Part shown: positions 1 through 9,738 of the stretch, piece after piece
Numbering within the stretch: position 1 is the first letter of the stretch
Layout: every line of letters starts with the position of its first letter
From: Chlamydiales bacterium
GTDB taxonomy: Bacteria; Chlamydiota; Chlamydiia; Chlamydiales; JACRBE01
NCBI GenBank assembly: GCA_016213235.1
Contig: JACRBE010000059.1
Location: forward strand, 1-61,197
Reading direction: 5' to 3'
DNA length: 61,197 nucleotides
The notes under the pieces: model-generated
Seen by the model: the letters and a program-made list of their open reading frames with translations, nothing else
Told to the model about the DNA's origin: nothing
The model's database searches: none
Position numbers and translations under genes: made by a program

Positions 1-447
1 CAATACGACATCAAAGTGCTCACAAGTTCCTAGTTGTATCAGGTCTTTTAAATCAATAGGGCGATTAAGGAAAATGATATTGTTTAAGTTTGTATTATCT
101 TCACAAATGGACTTTAATTGATCTCCAATAAGCGGATAGGTTGGGTTATTACCTTCAAGCATTACACAGACAGATTTGCGAAAATCACCAGCAGCTTTAA
201 GAGAGTAATAACCTTGAGCGGCACCGATGTCTAATAATGTAAACGGTCTGGTATACTGCTGCAGAACTTTTTTAATTAAAAGATAGCGTATCTCACAATC
301 ATGATGATTATTTGTTGCCGATTTTACAACATCTTCATTTATAATAATATCTTGGTATTGCTCATAACCAAATTTAGTGATATCAATAAAACAAAAACTA
401 TTTGTTGTTATTATTAAACAAAAGCATAAAAAAATGGGTCGTAGCAT
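1..447 (-). CDS. Class I SAM-dependent methyltransferase with signal peptide (partial, runs off window start)
   Basis: Not in the ORF track. Manual translation from ATG at 447: MLRPIFLCFCLIITTNSFCFIDITKFGYEQYQDII...RPFTLLDIGAAQGYYSL...VCVMLEG...CEHFDVVL. SAM motif I is LLDIGAAQG; GGGG SD-like run upstream; frame open to position 1. Confidence 0.8.
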   Translation of the reverse strand, partial: MLRPIFLCFCLIITTNSFCFIDITKFGYEQYQDIIINEDVVKSATNNHHDCEIRYLLIKKVLQQYTRPFTLLDIGAAQGYYSLKAAGDFRKSVCVMLEGNNPTYPLIGDQLKSICEDNTNLNNIIFLNRPIDLKDLIQLGTCEHFDVVL

Positions 448-518
448 ACTTTCCCCTTAACTTAAATGAGAAACAAAAGTAACCTACCATGTAGGAAAGT
501 TATTTATAAATATAAAAT

Positions 519-1553
519 GTGATTTTATCTATGCCAGCATTGAGAGTGGGCGGTGTAATCCAGCTAGTATTTTTCTATATTGTATTTTCATATAATTTTC
601 TATTCAGCGTTGAAGTTAATAAGGTGGTCATTTGGGGGCATAAACTTCATACCCATACACATTCTTATATTCATTATGGATTTTATAAGGCATTTAAACA
701 TCTTGGATATAAAACGCTTTGGCTGGATAATACAAGTGATATATCAAATCTGGATCTCTCCCAGACATTGTTTATTACAGAGCACCAGGTCGATCAATGC
801 ATCCCGCTTCGAGAAGATTGTTATTATGTTGTGCATTGTTCATCAGATGCAAAATATGATCATATAAAAGAGATAGATCATTATGTTGATTTAAAAGTAT
901 ACAAAAACATTTTTCTTCATTCAGCTACTTTAATGCAGGTAGAGCCATATATTTATTATGATTTACCAAACCAAACATTAATCATGCCTTGGGCTACTGA
1001 TTTACTACCTGAAGAGATTGAACAAAACAAGAAGTTAACGCCTTTATTAAAATTAAAGCCGGTATTACGCAATAAAAAAATATACTGGGTAGGGACTCTT
1101 GGAGGAGGGAAATTTGGTAATCACCTAGAATTAGGTGGTTTTATACGGGCATGTAAGCAGCAACACATTCCATTTATTCATTCAGATCCTTGGGCTTCTC
1201 CAGTTAGTGCTGAAGATAATCAACGCCTAATACAACGCTCATATCTTGCTCCAACTATTTGCGGAGGAATGCAACTACAACACGATTATATTCCATGTAG
1301 AATTTTTAAAAATATTAGCTATGGGCATATAGGTGTCACGAATTCAAAAGCCGTATATAATCTTTTTAATAAAAAAATAGTGTATAATCCGGACACTTTT
1401 CAGCTTTTTTTTGATGCACAAGCTAAATTAATGGAAGGAAATGTTGAAGAGTTTTATGAATTAATGGATTTTGTTAAAGAAAAACACACGTATCTTAACC
1501 GTATTCAGCATATCCTTAATTTTATTGCGCTGTTAGAACATCACCCAGATTAA
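519..1553 (+). CDS. Putative secreted GT-B-type glycosyltransferase (CgeB/Glyco_trans_1_2-like C-terminus); paralog of 7840..8820
   Basis: Hydrophobic N-terminus ending ...NFLFS; KVVIWGHKLHTHTHSYIH; C-terminal YIPCRIFKNISYG and HTYLNRI motifs. Start uncertain (GTG 519 or ATG 531). Confidence 0.6.
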   Translation: MILSMPALRVGGVIQLVFFYIVFSYNFLFSVEVNKVVIWGHKLHTHTHSYIHYGFYKAFKHLGYKTLWLDNTSDISNLDLSQTLFITEHQVDQCIPLREDCYYVVHCSSDAKYDHIKEIDHYVDLKVYKNIFLHSATLMQVEPYIYYDLPNQTLIMPWATDLLPEEIEQNKKLTPLLKLKPVLRNKKIYWVGTLGGGKFGNHLELGGFIRACKQQHIPFIHSDPWASPVSAEDNQRLIQRSYLAPTICGGMQLQHDYIPCRIFKNISYGHIGVTNSKAVYNLFNKKIVYNPDTFQLFFDAQAKLMEGNVEEFYELMDFVKEKHTYLNRIQHILNFIALLEHHPD

Positions 1554-1726
1554 TATACAACAACCTTGTATGTTTCGTTATTTTACTAAAACATCATTTT
1601 TTGCATCAAATAGGGCATTCCGAAGTAAAGATTGTGGTGTAACTTTTTAAAAACAAAAATTATTTATAAATATAAAAACACGAATAATTTATACTGTAAT
1701 CATTTTTGTAAGACATTACGTAAGTT

Positions 1727-3847
1727 ATGGTTAATTTAAATCCTGAGCAAACAAAAGCCGTAGAACATATCGAAGGTCCGCTGTTGGTACTGGCCGGCGC
1801 CGGATCTGGCAAGACAAGAGTGGTGACGGCTAGAATCATTCATTTAATAGATCTCGGAGTGCCATCGTCTGATATCGTAGCTTTAACATTTACCAATAAA
1901 GCTGCTGAAGAAATGAAATTAAGAATACTTAAGTCTCATCAGCATAGGGTATGGGTCTCTACCTTTCATTCATTATGTGCAAATATTTTAAAAGAGTCTA
2001 TTCATCATTTGGGATATAAAAACACCTTTTCCATTTATGATGAACAAGATAGCGAATCAGTCATTAAACATATTCTTCAATCGTTTGATGTTAAAATAGA
2101 AAAAAGTCTAATAAAGACAATAAAGCAATTTATTTCGAATGCGAAAAATCATTTTCTTGGTCCAGAAGATATAAAAGAGATGGATTCTGTTGGGGATATT
2201 GCGATTAAGCGAATATATACACAATACCAACAAGCTCTTAAAGAATATAACGCTCTTGATTTTGATGATTTACTATTTTTAACTGTGCAATTATTTAGAG
2301 AGCATCCAGATGTTCTTGCATATTATCAAAAAAAGTGGCCCTTTCTATTGATTGATGAATATCAAGATACAAACCATGCACAATATCTCATTGCAAAGAT
2401 GATTGTAGAAAAAAGTCATAATATTTTTGCAGTAGGAGATCCCGATCAGTCGATTTATTCCTGGAGGGGAGCCGACATTAATAATATTTTACGTTTTAAA
2501 GAAGATTTTCCAGGTGCTACGGTAATTCAGTTAGAGCAAAACTATCGAAGTACCTCCAATATATTAAATGCTGCCAACTCGTTAATTAAAAAGAATACAA
2601 AGCGATATGACAAGAACTTATGGAGTACGTTAGGAGAAGGGGATAGAATTGTATTTAAACAACTGGATAATGACATAGAAGAAGCCAGGTTTGTTGTTAA
2701 CAAGATTAAAGATTATCATAAAAATTATCATGCATCTTTTAATGAAATAGCGATTTTTTATCGCACCAACGCGCAATCTCGTATTTTTGAAGATTATTTA
2801 TTAAAGGAGAATATTCCCTACAAAATTGTTGGTGGTGTTTCTTTTTATGATAGGAGGGAAATTAAAGATTTGATAGCCATTTTGAAATTGCTTGTTTCTC
2901 CTGATGATTTTGTCTCTTTTATGCGAGTGATTAACATCCCAAAACGGGGAATAGGAACAGTAGCAATAAAAAAAATTCAGGAGATCGTGTCCGTTTACAA
3001 CATCCCTGTGATTGATTTTTGTAGAAGGGTTGCAAGCAATGAGATGAATAAGAGCGGGCTTTCTGCAACACAGAAAACCGGTATTATAGATTTCATGCAA
3101 GCATTTAGTCAGGTGCAAAGCTCATCTAAAAAAAATAGCGCTATTGATGAAATAATTAAGAATATTATCAATCAATTTCAGATCCTCAATTATCTAAAAG
3201 AGGATCCGGAGACATTTGAAGATAGAAAAGCAAACATGGATGAGTTTATTACGAAGGCAACAGAGTATAAACTGCTTTCTCCGGAAAAATCTTTGAAAGA
3301 TTTTTTAGAAGATATCTCACTGAACAAAGCTGCAATCGAAAATACAAATGCAAATGATCAAATTCAGCTAATGACCCTACATAATAGTAAAGGGCTAGAA
3401 TTTGATTTGGTATTTATGTGTGGTATGGAAGAGGATTTATTTCCTCATGTGAATGCCAGAGATTCTTTTGATGATATTGAAGAAGAGAGAAGGCTTTGTT
3501 ATGTTGGAATGACAAGAGCAAAAAAACATTTGTTTTTAACAGCTTCTAAATACCGAGTACAGTGGGGTGTGCCAAAATATACAAGAATGTCGCGATTTAT
3601 TTCTGAAATTGATCATAACTTTATTTCTGCACAGCAACATATTGCAATAGCCAGTGATGATGAGGAAGGATTTGCGGTGGGATCTAATGTATTTCATGCA
3701 ACATTTGGCAAAGGTACCATAAAAAAGAAATACAATACCTCTTTAGGGATCACTTACGATGTGTATTTTCTTGAAAGCTGTTCTTCTAAGACACTTGTTG
3801 CAAAATATGCAAAATTAACGCTCATTAATCGACTTATAACCAACTGA
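1727..3847 (+). CDS. uvrD: ATP-dependent DNA helicase UvrD/PcrA
   Basis: AGAGSGKT Walker A, DEYQD, VGDPDQSIY, QNYRS, TLHNSKGLEF, EERRLCYVGMTRA, and a C-terminal Tudor-like VFHATFGKG. Confidence 0.97.
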   Translation: MVNLNPEQTKAVEHIEGPLLVLAGAGSGKTRVVTARIIHLIDLGVPSSDIVALTFTNKAAEEMKLRILKSHQHRVWVSTFHSLCANILKESIHHLGYKNTFSIYDEQDSESVIKHILQSFDVKIEKSLIKTIKQFISNAKNHFLGPEDIKEMDSVGDIAIKRIYTQYQQALKEYNALDFDDLLFLTVQLFREHPDVLAYYQKKWPFLLIDEYQDTNHAQYLIAKMIVEKSHNIFAVGDPDQSIYSWRGADINNILRFKEDFPGATVIQLEQNYRSTSNILNAANSLIKKNTKRYDKNLWSTLGEGDRIVFKQLDNDIEEARFVVNKIKDYHKNYHASFNEIAIFYRTNAQSRIFEDYLLKENIPYKIVGGVSFYDRREIKDLIAILKLLVSPDDFVSFMRVINIPKRGIGTVAIKKIQEIVSVYNIPVIDFCRRVASNEMNKSGLSATQKTGIIDFMQAFSQVQSSSKKNSAIDEIIKNIINQFQILNYLKEDPETFEDRKANMDEFITKATEYKLLSPEKSLKDFLEDISLNKAAIENTNANDQIQLMTLHNSKGLEFDLVFMCGMEEDLFPHVNARDSFDDIEEERRLCYVGMTRAKKHLFLTASKYRVQWGVPKYTRMSRFISEIDHNFISAQQHIAIASDDEEGFAVGSNVFHATFGKGTIKKKYNTSLGITYDVYFLESCSSKTLVAKYAKLTLINRLITN

Positions 3848-3922
3848 TGCCAAAACAGCAGACGAGAATGTTCTTTAAAGAATATCAAATCTAAACCTCT
3901 ATTAAAGAGCAGGAGAATCTCT

Positions 3923-4867
3923 CTATGATTTAGAAGCAAAGTGTTGTCTTTTTGCTTCTTCTATTTTTTCAACCCAATATTTCATATAAAGTTTTCTCAT
4001 ATCGTACTTTTTATTTTTGATTTCTTGATATTTTGCATTAAGAAAATCTTCTGTGACGTCACTCCAATCATCTACTATTAATATAGGCAACCCTTGGCAC
4101 AAACCATCTAAGGCCGAAGATTTAACAATCGGAATAGCTCCGACTAGCAAAGCCTCCCAATGTCTATAACAATCAAGCATATCGCCCCAAGGAGAGAGTA
4201 CAAATTTATGATTCGCCATTTCTTCCATATAATCTCTGAAAGGCTTTGGATTGGATGCTGTGACATATGACATGCTTGCAAATCTGTCATGTATAGCCCC
4301 CCGCCCATCATATCTTCCAGGATGAACGGTAAAATTCATATATAGAAGATTTGTTTTAGGTTTGGTCTTAAGTTGTTCAAAATATAGGTTTATTTTCTTT
4401 CTCTGAAAAAATATATTTTCATCTCTGAGTATTCCAAGAGGGATAATTGTGCATTTTGGAAACAATATAGCATCACGGTTACAGTTTGCAAACCATGCAA
4501 TCAACTTCGGATCATTAATATATTTCAAATCTCTCATTGTAGGTCCATGATACAGTGTAACTAGAATATAAGGATTTTTGATTCTTGGATGAATTTCTTC
4601 AAAAAAACTATCAATACTATAAGCCGTAGCAAATATTACACTTCCTTCAGGAACTTGTTCTGGTTCAAAAGGAGTTGCATTTTTAAAATTATGGGCTGCG
4701 CCATCTGAATGATTTGCGTAAGCAAAGTCACAGATATTCATCCAAGTCCACCGTTGAACAAATATTTCTTCCAAATTTTCATTTTTTATTTTTGGGAATA
4801 AACTATTGGACTCTGCAAATCCATAAATGGTTGTTATAAGAAGTAATGCTACAAATAAGTTCTTCAT
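3923..4867 (-). CDS. Secreted exostosin/GT47-like glycosyltransferase
   Basis: Signal peptide MKNLFVALLLITTIYGFA; exostosin-type motif HKFVLSPWGDMLDCYRHWEALLVGAIPIV. Confidence 0.7.
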   Translation of the reverse strand: MKNLFVALLLITTIYGFAESNSLFPKIKNENLEEIFVQRWTWMNICDFAYANHSDGAAHNFKNATPFEPEQVPEGSVIFATAYSIDSFFEEIHPRIKNPYILVTLYHGPTMRDLKYINDPKLIAWFANCNRDAILFPKCTIIPLGILRDENIFFQRKKINLYFEQLKTKPKTNLLYMNFTVHPGRYDGRGAIHDRFASMSYVTASNPKPFRDYMEEMANHKFVLSPWGDMLDCYRHWEALLVGAIPIVKSSALDGLCQGLPILIVDDWSDVTEDFLNAKYQEIKNKKYDMRKLYMKYWVEKIEEAKRQHFASKS

Positions 4868-5859
4868 ATTTTTTCTGATCTGTTATGGCGGCAAGGCCAT
4901 GTGATATTGTTTTTTGGCAAATAAATAGATTGAATATATGGATTAAAAAAAGTCACGAAATCAGCGATATTACTTGACGAATGAATAAATAAGTCGCACT
5001 TTGAAAGCAACAAACAATCCATAAGAACCCCTTTTCCTCCAAAATAAGCTGGTTTTTTGCGATGGAATTCAGCTGGATGAGTCTTCCAATAATCAGCACT
5101 ACCATAGATTAGATGAGGTTCTTCACGATAGTTACTTCGAAAAGCAGGAATGTGTAAAGCAATACCAGGAAAGTATTTATCAAACTGCTGCACCACATAA
5201 TGGCTATCTGTAGCCAGGAAAATTCTAATATTATTTTTTCCCTTTTCTTGTATTAACCTTTTGGTTTCTAGAATATAATCTTCAACTGTTGGCGTTCCTT
5301 TAGGAGATTCCATAGCGTGGTCACACCCATAACGGACATGAACGCCTATGCAGTAATATCTTTCCATATTTTTTTCATAAAACCGGTCTGTTTCATTAAG
5401 AATCTCATCTTTCACTTTGATATGCTTTTTAATCACATCATGAATAGCCAATCTATAAGGGAAATATTTATCATAAGACATCCACTGTTCAATACAACCT
5501 TGATCGTGCAGTGCGTGATATGATGAACCAGAAATAAGCTTATTGGAGATTTCTATATCTAGGGAAATTTCCTTATTGATCAAGATAGAATCGAAATAAA
5601 GATCCCATCCATTCTCATGAGGGTTATTCTTAAAAGGGAAAAATTCTTGAGTCCAATCAACATAAATTCTCTGTAAATTTTTATGATCAAAAAAGATAAT
5701 ATTATCTACTACCTTATGAAGTTCAGCAAAGAATCCGGCTCCCAAATGAGAACAAATTGTTAATTCTGCAGGAAGGCACTCTTGAGTTTGTTTTGCAAAT
5801 CCGCATATAGAAAGCACCAGAAATAGCAGGTAATGGTTTTTTATGACCAGTTTCTTCAT
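4864..5859 (-). CDS. Secreted NodZ/GT23-like (O-FucT-like) fucosyltransferase
   Basis: FucT motif I IGVHVRYG, motif II IFLATDS, motif III DCLLLSKCDLFIHSSSNI; N-terminal GAGFFA; signal peptide ending CGFA; 4-bp overlap with the downstream gene. Confidence 0.75.
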   Translation of the reverse strand: MKKLVIKNHYLLFLVLSICGFAKQTQECLPAELTICSHLGAGFFAELHKVVDNIIFFDHKNLQRIYVDWTQEFFPFKNNPHENGWDLYFDSILINKEISLDIEISNKLISGSSYHALHDQGCIEQWMSYDKYFPYRLAIHDVIKKHIKVKDEILNETDRFYEKNMERYYCIGVHVRYGCDHAMESPKGTPTVEDYILETKRLIQEKGKNNIRIFLATDSHYVVQQFDKYFPGIALHIPAFRSNYREEPHLIYGSADYWKTHPAEFHRKKPAYFGGKGVLMDCLLLSKCDLFIHSSSNIADFVTFFNPYIQSIYLPKNNITWPCRHNRSEKI

Positions 5860-6099
5860 AATTACTGCCCCTTAACAAATGGCACACCGGGGATCTTATA
5901 CTATGATTTTCTAAAATTTCAAGGCATTATTTGAATGCTCATTAAATTTGAGAGCAAAAGATCTTGGGTTGTTGATAGCAAATTAATTTAAAATCGCACA
6001 GACGTTTCTTTACATAACTTTAGGAGTGTTATAATTAAAAAAACATTGCTTGTGAATTAGTGAATTTCCTAATCTTAAAAATTATAACCAAAGTTTTTT

Positions 6100-6777
6100 A
6101 TGAAAAAACTACTATTCTTGTTAATTTTTCCCTGCTTAGTGTTTTCCTTAGATAAGGATTACATCATCATTACATTAGGAGAAAACTGCGTTGTTACAGG
6201 GAGTATGGAATTACTTAAAATTAAACAAGAATCCTATCCTTTTGAATGGAATATTTGTAGTTTTTCTTCTGTATACGAATGCATAAAAGATGATTTCAAA
6301 GATTTTACGAATCCTGATTATTTTACTCCATATATAGACAATCGAAGCCCCGTTAATAGATATGGTATTTGCCTTGCTCATAATTTTCCAATCGTGCTTG
6401 TTGGCATAAACAAGGAAGGAATCGAGGTTTATAAACTAGATCCCAACTGGCGACACTACTTGCCAGCTGTACAAGAAAAATATCAACGTAGAATAGATCG
6501 ATTTCGACATGCATGTCTTTCTGATAAAAAGGTTTTCTTTATTCGATATCCTGGTGTGTCCAAAGTTGAAGCTACACAATTTTCCAAACTAATTTCCTCT
6601 TTGTATCCGGATCTTGATTTTACTTTTCTTTCTGTTAATATTAACCCCATACCTCCTCGTGAAAAGGAACAATGGAATATACCTCACGTAAAGCTCTATT
6701 ATATTACCCCATCAACTTCAGAAAAAGAATGCACACAATGGAAAGAGATTATGACAAACGTTGGTGTTTTACATTAA
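6100..6777 (+). CDS. DUF1796 family protein (annotated putative papain-like peptidase), with signal peptide
   Basis: ITLGENC, SYPFEW, KYQRRIDRF and VFFIR motifs; signal peptide MKKLLFLLIFPCLVFS. Confidence 0.75.
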   Translation: MKKLLFLLIFPCLVFSLDKDYIIITLGENCVVTGSMELLKIKQESYPFEWNICSFSSVYECIKDDFKDFTNPDYFTPYIDNRSPVNRYGICLAHNFPIVLVGINKEGIEVYKLDPNWRHYLPAVQEKYQRRIDRFRHACLSDKKVFFIRYPGVSKVEATQFSKLISSLYPDLDFTFLSVNINPIPPREKEQWNIPHVKLYYITPSTSEKECTQWKEIMTNVGVLH

Positions 6778-7046
6778 CCAAATGGAAATACATAATTCCA
6801 TTATGAAAGGTGAACATAAAGCTTTTCTGTTTTTATTTTCACGCTTCGTTATTTCTCCGTTTATTTCCTGATTAGGGAACAAAACTTATTGACAATATAC
6901 GAAATATTTCCAATAGTTCTAATGCATAATTAGTGAATTCAAGGTGTTTTGAACATACTCTTTTTGAAGCAATTAGAATAGAAAACGAGTATAGAAGCAG
7001 GTATGTAAATCTTAAATAAATTGTTATTAAATATTTGGAGAAAGTT

Positions 7047-7829
7047 ATGTATAAAAGATTGTCTTATGCTTTACCTATATTAGTGTACTTGTTATTTCCA
7101 ATGGCATCTGAAGCGGTCATTTCAGATCTTAATAAGTATCAAATGTTTTTGGAGAGTGGCACTTATGACAATTTAGATTGGACTATCTTTGCCGCTAAAC
7201 CAAAATCTAGATTTTATACATTAAAAAGAGCCTTTGAAGAGTTTGCAAATAATAATGGAAAAACCATTGTTGAACTAGGCACTTTAAGAAGTTTTGTTGA
7301 TGGGAAATACATCGGATGTAATTCTGATGATACTAAATATTGGGAATCAAACAATCCTGAGAAATGGGATTGGGGTGCTGGTTTTTTTTCCTATTTAGCT
7401 GCAGCTTGTTTGTCAGAATTAAATCCGACGATTCATACAGTAGATATTATTTCTAGCCATATTAAGAGATGTCAAACCATTACTGCACAGTTTAAGCATC
7501 TTTTTACGTATCATGTATCATCTTCAGAAGATTTTTTAAATCAATGTAAATCACAGTCGATTGACTTGCTTTACATGGATACAGGCGATATTTATCCTAT
7601 AGAACCTTCTGCACAGCTGCATTTGAGGGAAGCAAAAATTATCGTAAAAAAGGATCTAATCCCTAGCGGCGGTCTGATTTTAATTGATGATGTAAAACAT
7701 CCTGTACCGATTAAATTAGACAATGATAAAACTTTCATGGGGAAAGCAAAATACTCTTTGCCATATTTGTTATCGCATGGATTTGAAATAATAGAAGATG
7801 AATTTCAAGTGTTGCTTAGAAAAAAATAA
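7047..7829 (+). CDS. Secreted class I SAM-dependent methyltransferase (Methyltransf_24-like)
   Basis: IVELGT, IDLLYMD, GGLILIDD; ATG at 7047 has a GGAG SD; signal peptide ending ASEA. Confidence 0.8.
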   Translation: MYKRLSYALPILVYLLFPMASEAVISDLNKYQMFLESGTYDNLDWTIFAAKPKSRFYTLKRAFEEFANNNGKTIVELGTLRSFVDGKYIGCNSDDTKYWESNNPEKWDWGAGFFSYLAAACLSELNPTIHTVDIISSHIKRCQTITAQFKHLFTYHVSSSEDFLNQCKSQSIDLLYMDTGDIYPIEPSAQLHLREAKIIVKKDLIPSGGLILIDDVKHPVPIKLDNDKTFMGKAKYSLPYLLSHGFEIIEDEFQVLLRKK

Positions 7830-7839
7830 TAGGATTACT

Positions 7840-8820
7840 ATGAAACATATTTTTTTATATCTATTAATAGTTATTGCAGTACCTACTTTTTCTATGGACT
7901 TTGATAAAGTAGTTATTTGGGGGCATAAATTACACTCCCATACTCATTCTTATATACATAATGCTTTTTATAAAGCATTTAAGAGCCTTGGATATGCTAC
8001 CTATTGGGTTGATGAGCATGATGATGTATCTAAAATAGATTTTTCCCATTCTCTTTTCCTTACAGAAGGGCAAGTTGACAATAATATTCCTTTGCGTGAC
8101 GATTCATTTTATATCTTACATAACTGCACTTCACATAAATATCGTCAAATCATAAAAAATAAACGTTTTATTACTTTACAGGTTTATACTGATGATGTGC
8201 TGACACGTCCAACTGCTATACGAGTCTCTCCTTGTATTCATTATGATTATGCCGGCAGATGTCTTTACATGCCTTGGGCTACGGATTTATTACCATCAGA
8301 AATTGAAGCAATTCAACAGAATATAACAAAAATCACTAAACAGCCTATGATTGCCTGGATAGGAACTATTAGTGATGGAGAGTTTGGAAACATTTCTGAG
8401 TTAATGCCTTTTGTGGAAGAAGCACGTAAGCTTGGCATGACCTTTATACGCAAACAACACATCAGTGATAAAGAGAATAAAAACATCATTGCTCACTCAT
8501 TATTGGCTCCTGCCATTGTCGGAAAGTGGCAAAAGGAAAAAGGGTATATTCCTTGCAGGATTTTTAAAAATATCAGCTATGGCGGTTTAGGAATAACCAA
8601 CTCTCTTCGCGTATGTGAGCTTTTTAATAATAATATTATATACGACCCTGACCCAAGAGTCTTATTTAAAAAGGCATATCATGCAGCTCGTGCTTTAGAC
8701 CATGATACATTGGAATCTCAAATGGAATTTGTTAAAGCGCATCATACTTATATTAATCGAATTAATACAATATTAGAATTTATCGATCAATTAGATGAAA
8801 GGAATGTATTAGACAATTAA
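7840..8820 (+). CDS. Putative secreted GT-B-type glycosyltransferase; paralog of 519..1553
   Basis: MKHIFLYLLIVIAVPTFS followed by KVVIWGHKLHSHTHSYIH, MPWATDLLP, YIPCRIFKNISYG, HTYINRI; ATG at 7840 has an AGGA SD. Confidence 0.65.
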   Translation: MKHIFLYLLIVIAVPTFSMDFDKVVIWGHKLHSHTHSYIHNAFYKAFKSLGYATYWVDEHDDVSKIDFSHSLFLTEGQVDNNIPLRDDSFYILHNCTSHKYRQIIKNKRFITLQVYTDDVLTRPTAIRVSPCIHYDYAGRCLYMPWATDLLPSEIEAIQQNITKITKQPMIAWIGTISDGEFGNISELMPFVEEARKLGMTFIRKQHISDKENKNIIAHSLLAPAIVGKWQKEKGYIPCRIFKNISYGGLGITNSLRVCELFNNNIIYDPDPRVLFKKAYHAARALDHDTLESQMEFVKAHHTYINRINTILEFIDQLDERNVLDN

Positions 8821-8836
8821 TTTTTTTTATTATTGA

Positions 8837-9736
8837 ATGAAAGAGAAAATCATGCGAATTATTGGAATATTATTTTTATTTATTACACTAACTTGTAGCT
8901 ATGCTAATGAAAAAACACTCATTATTTCTCATCATTATGCGCAACCATTTTTCATTGAGCTGCAAGCGAAGACATTTCGTAAATTTATTAAAGATGACTA
9001 CGAATTTGTTGTATTTAACGATGCTAAAACCAGGGAATTAGAGCAGGAAATTTATCAATTATGTAAAAAGTACCAAATTCGTTGTATTCGTATTTCACCT
9101 GAAATACATAATCGGCCTTATTTATTTCGATTAAAGGGAGAAGATTATAATCATCCTTGCGTGCGTTGTGCCAATGTAGTGCAATACTCATTAGATATCT
9201 TGGGTTTCGATTATCCCGGGAAGGTAGTGATTATAGATTCTGATATGTTTCTAACAAAACCATTTTCTTTTGTAGAATATATGAATGGATATGATCTTGT
9301 TGCAGTACCGCAATCAAGAGATAATGGTGTAAAATATATTTGGAATGGAATAATTATGTTTAATATGCCGACACTACCTAATAGAAAAATGATGAATTTT
9401 AACTGTGGACGAATCGATGATGCACCAGTAGATGCTGGCGGGTATACTCATTATTATCTATCAAAGTATGCAGACATAATTAAAATAAAGGAAATAGGCC
9501 CTGCACATTTTTCTCATACGATTGATGATTACCATAATGGAGCGCTAGATTCCAATATGAATCATTTAATTCCTCTCATCGAGCTAGATCCTCCATCAAA
9601 TATGGAGACGTTTTTACAGGGGGCGATATTGCATTATAGAGGAGGGGGTCTTTGGGATCCGAAGCCAACTTCATACTATCAAAGAAAGAACAATTGTTTG
9701 CGAACATATATAGAATATATTCTTGAAAAAGAATAA
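8837..9736 (+). CDS. Secreted DxD-motif (GT-A-like) glycosyltransferase
   Basis: FVVFNDA, VVIIDSDMFL (DxD), YIWNGI, DAGG, ILHYRGG; signal peptide from ATG 8852, MRIIGILFLFITLTCSYA. Confidence 0.55.
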   Translation: MKEKIMRIIGILFLFITLTCSYANEKTLIISHHYAQPFFIELQAKTFRKFIKDDYEFVVFNDAKTRELEQEIYQLCKKYQIRCIRISPEIHNRPYLFRLKGEDYNHPCVRCANVVQYSLDILGFDYPGKVVIIDSDMFLTKPFSFVEYMNGYDLVAVPQSRDNGVKYIWNGIIMFNMPTLPNRKMMNFNCGRIDDAPVDAGGYTHYYLSKYADIIKIKEIGPAHFSHTIDDYHNGALDSNMNHLIPLIELDPPSNMETFLQGAILHYRGGGLWDPKPTSYYQRKNNCLRTYIEYILEKE

Positions 9737-9738
9737 AA

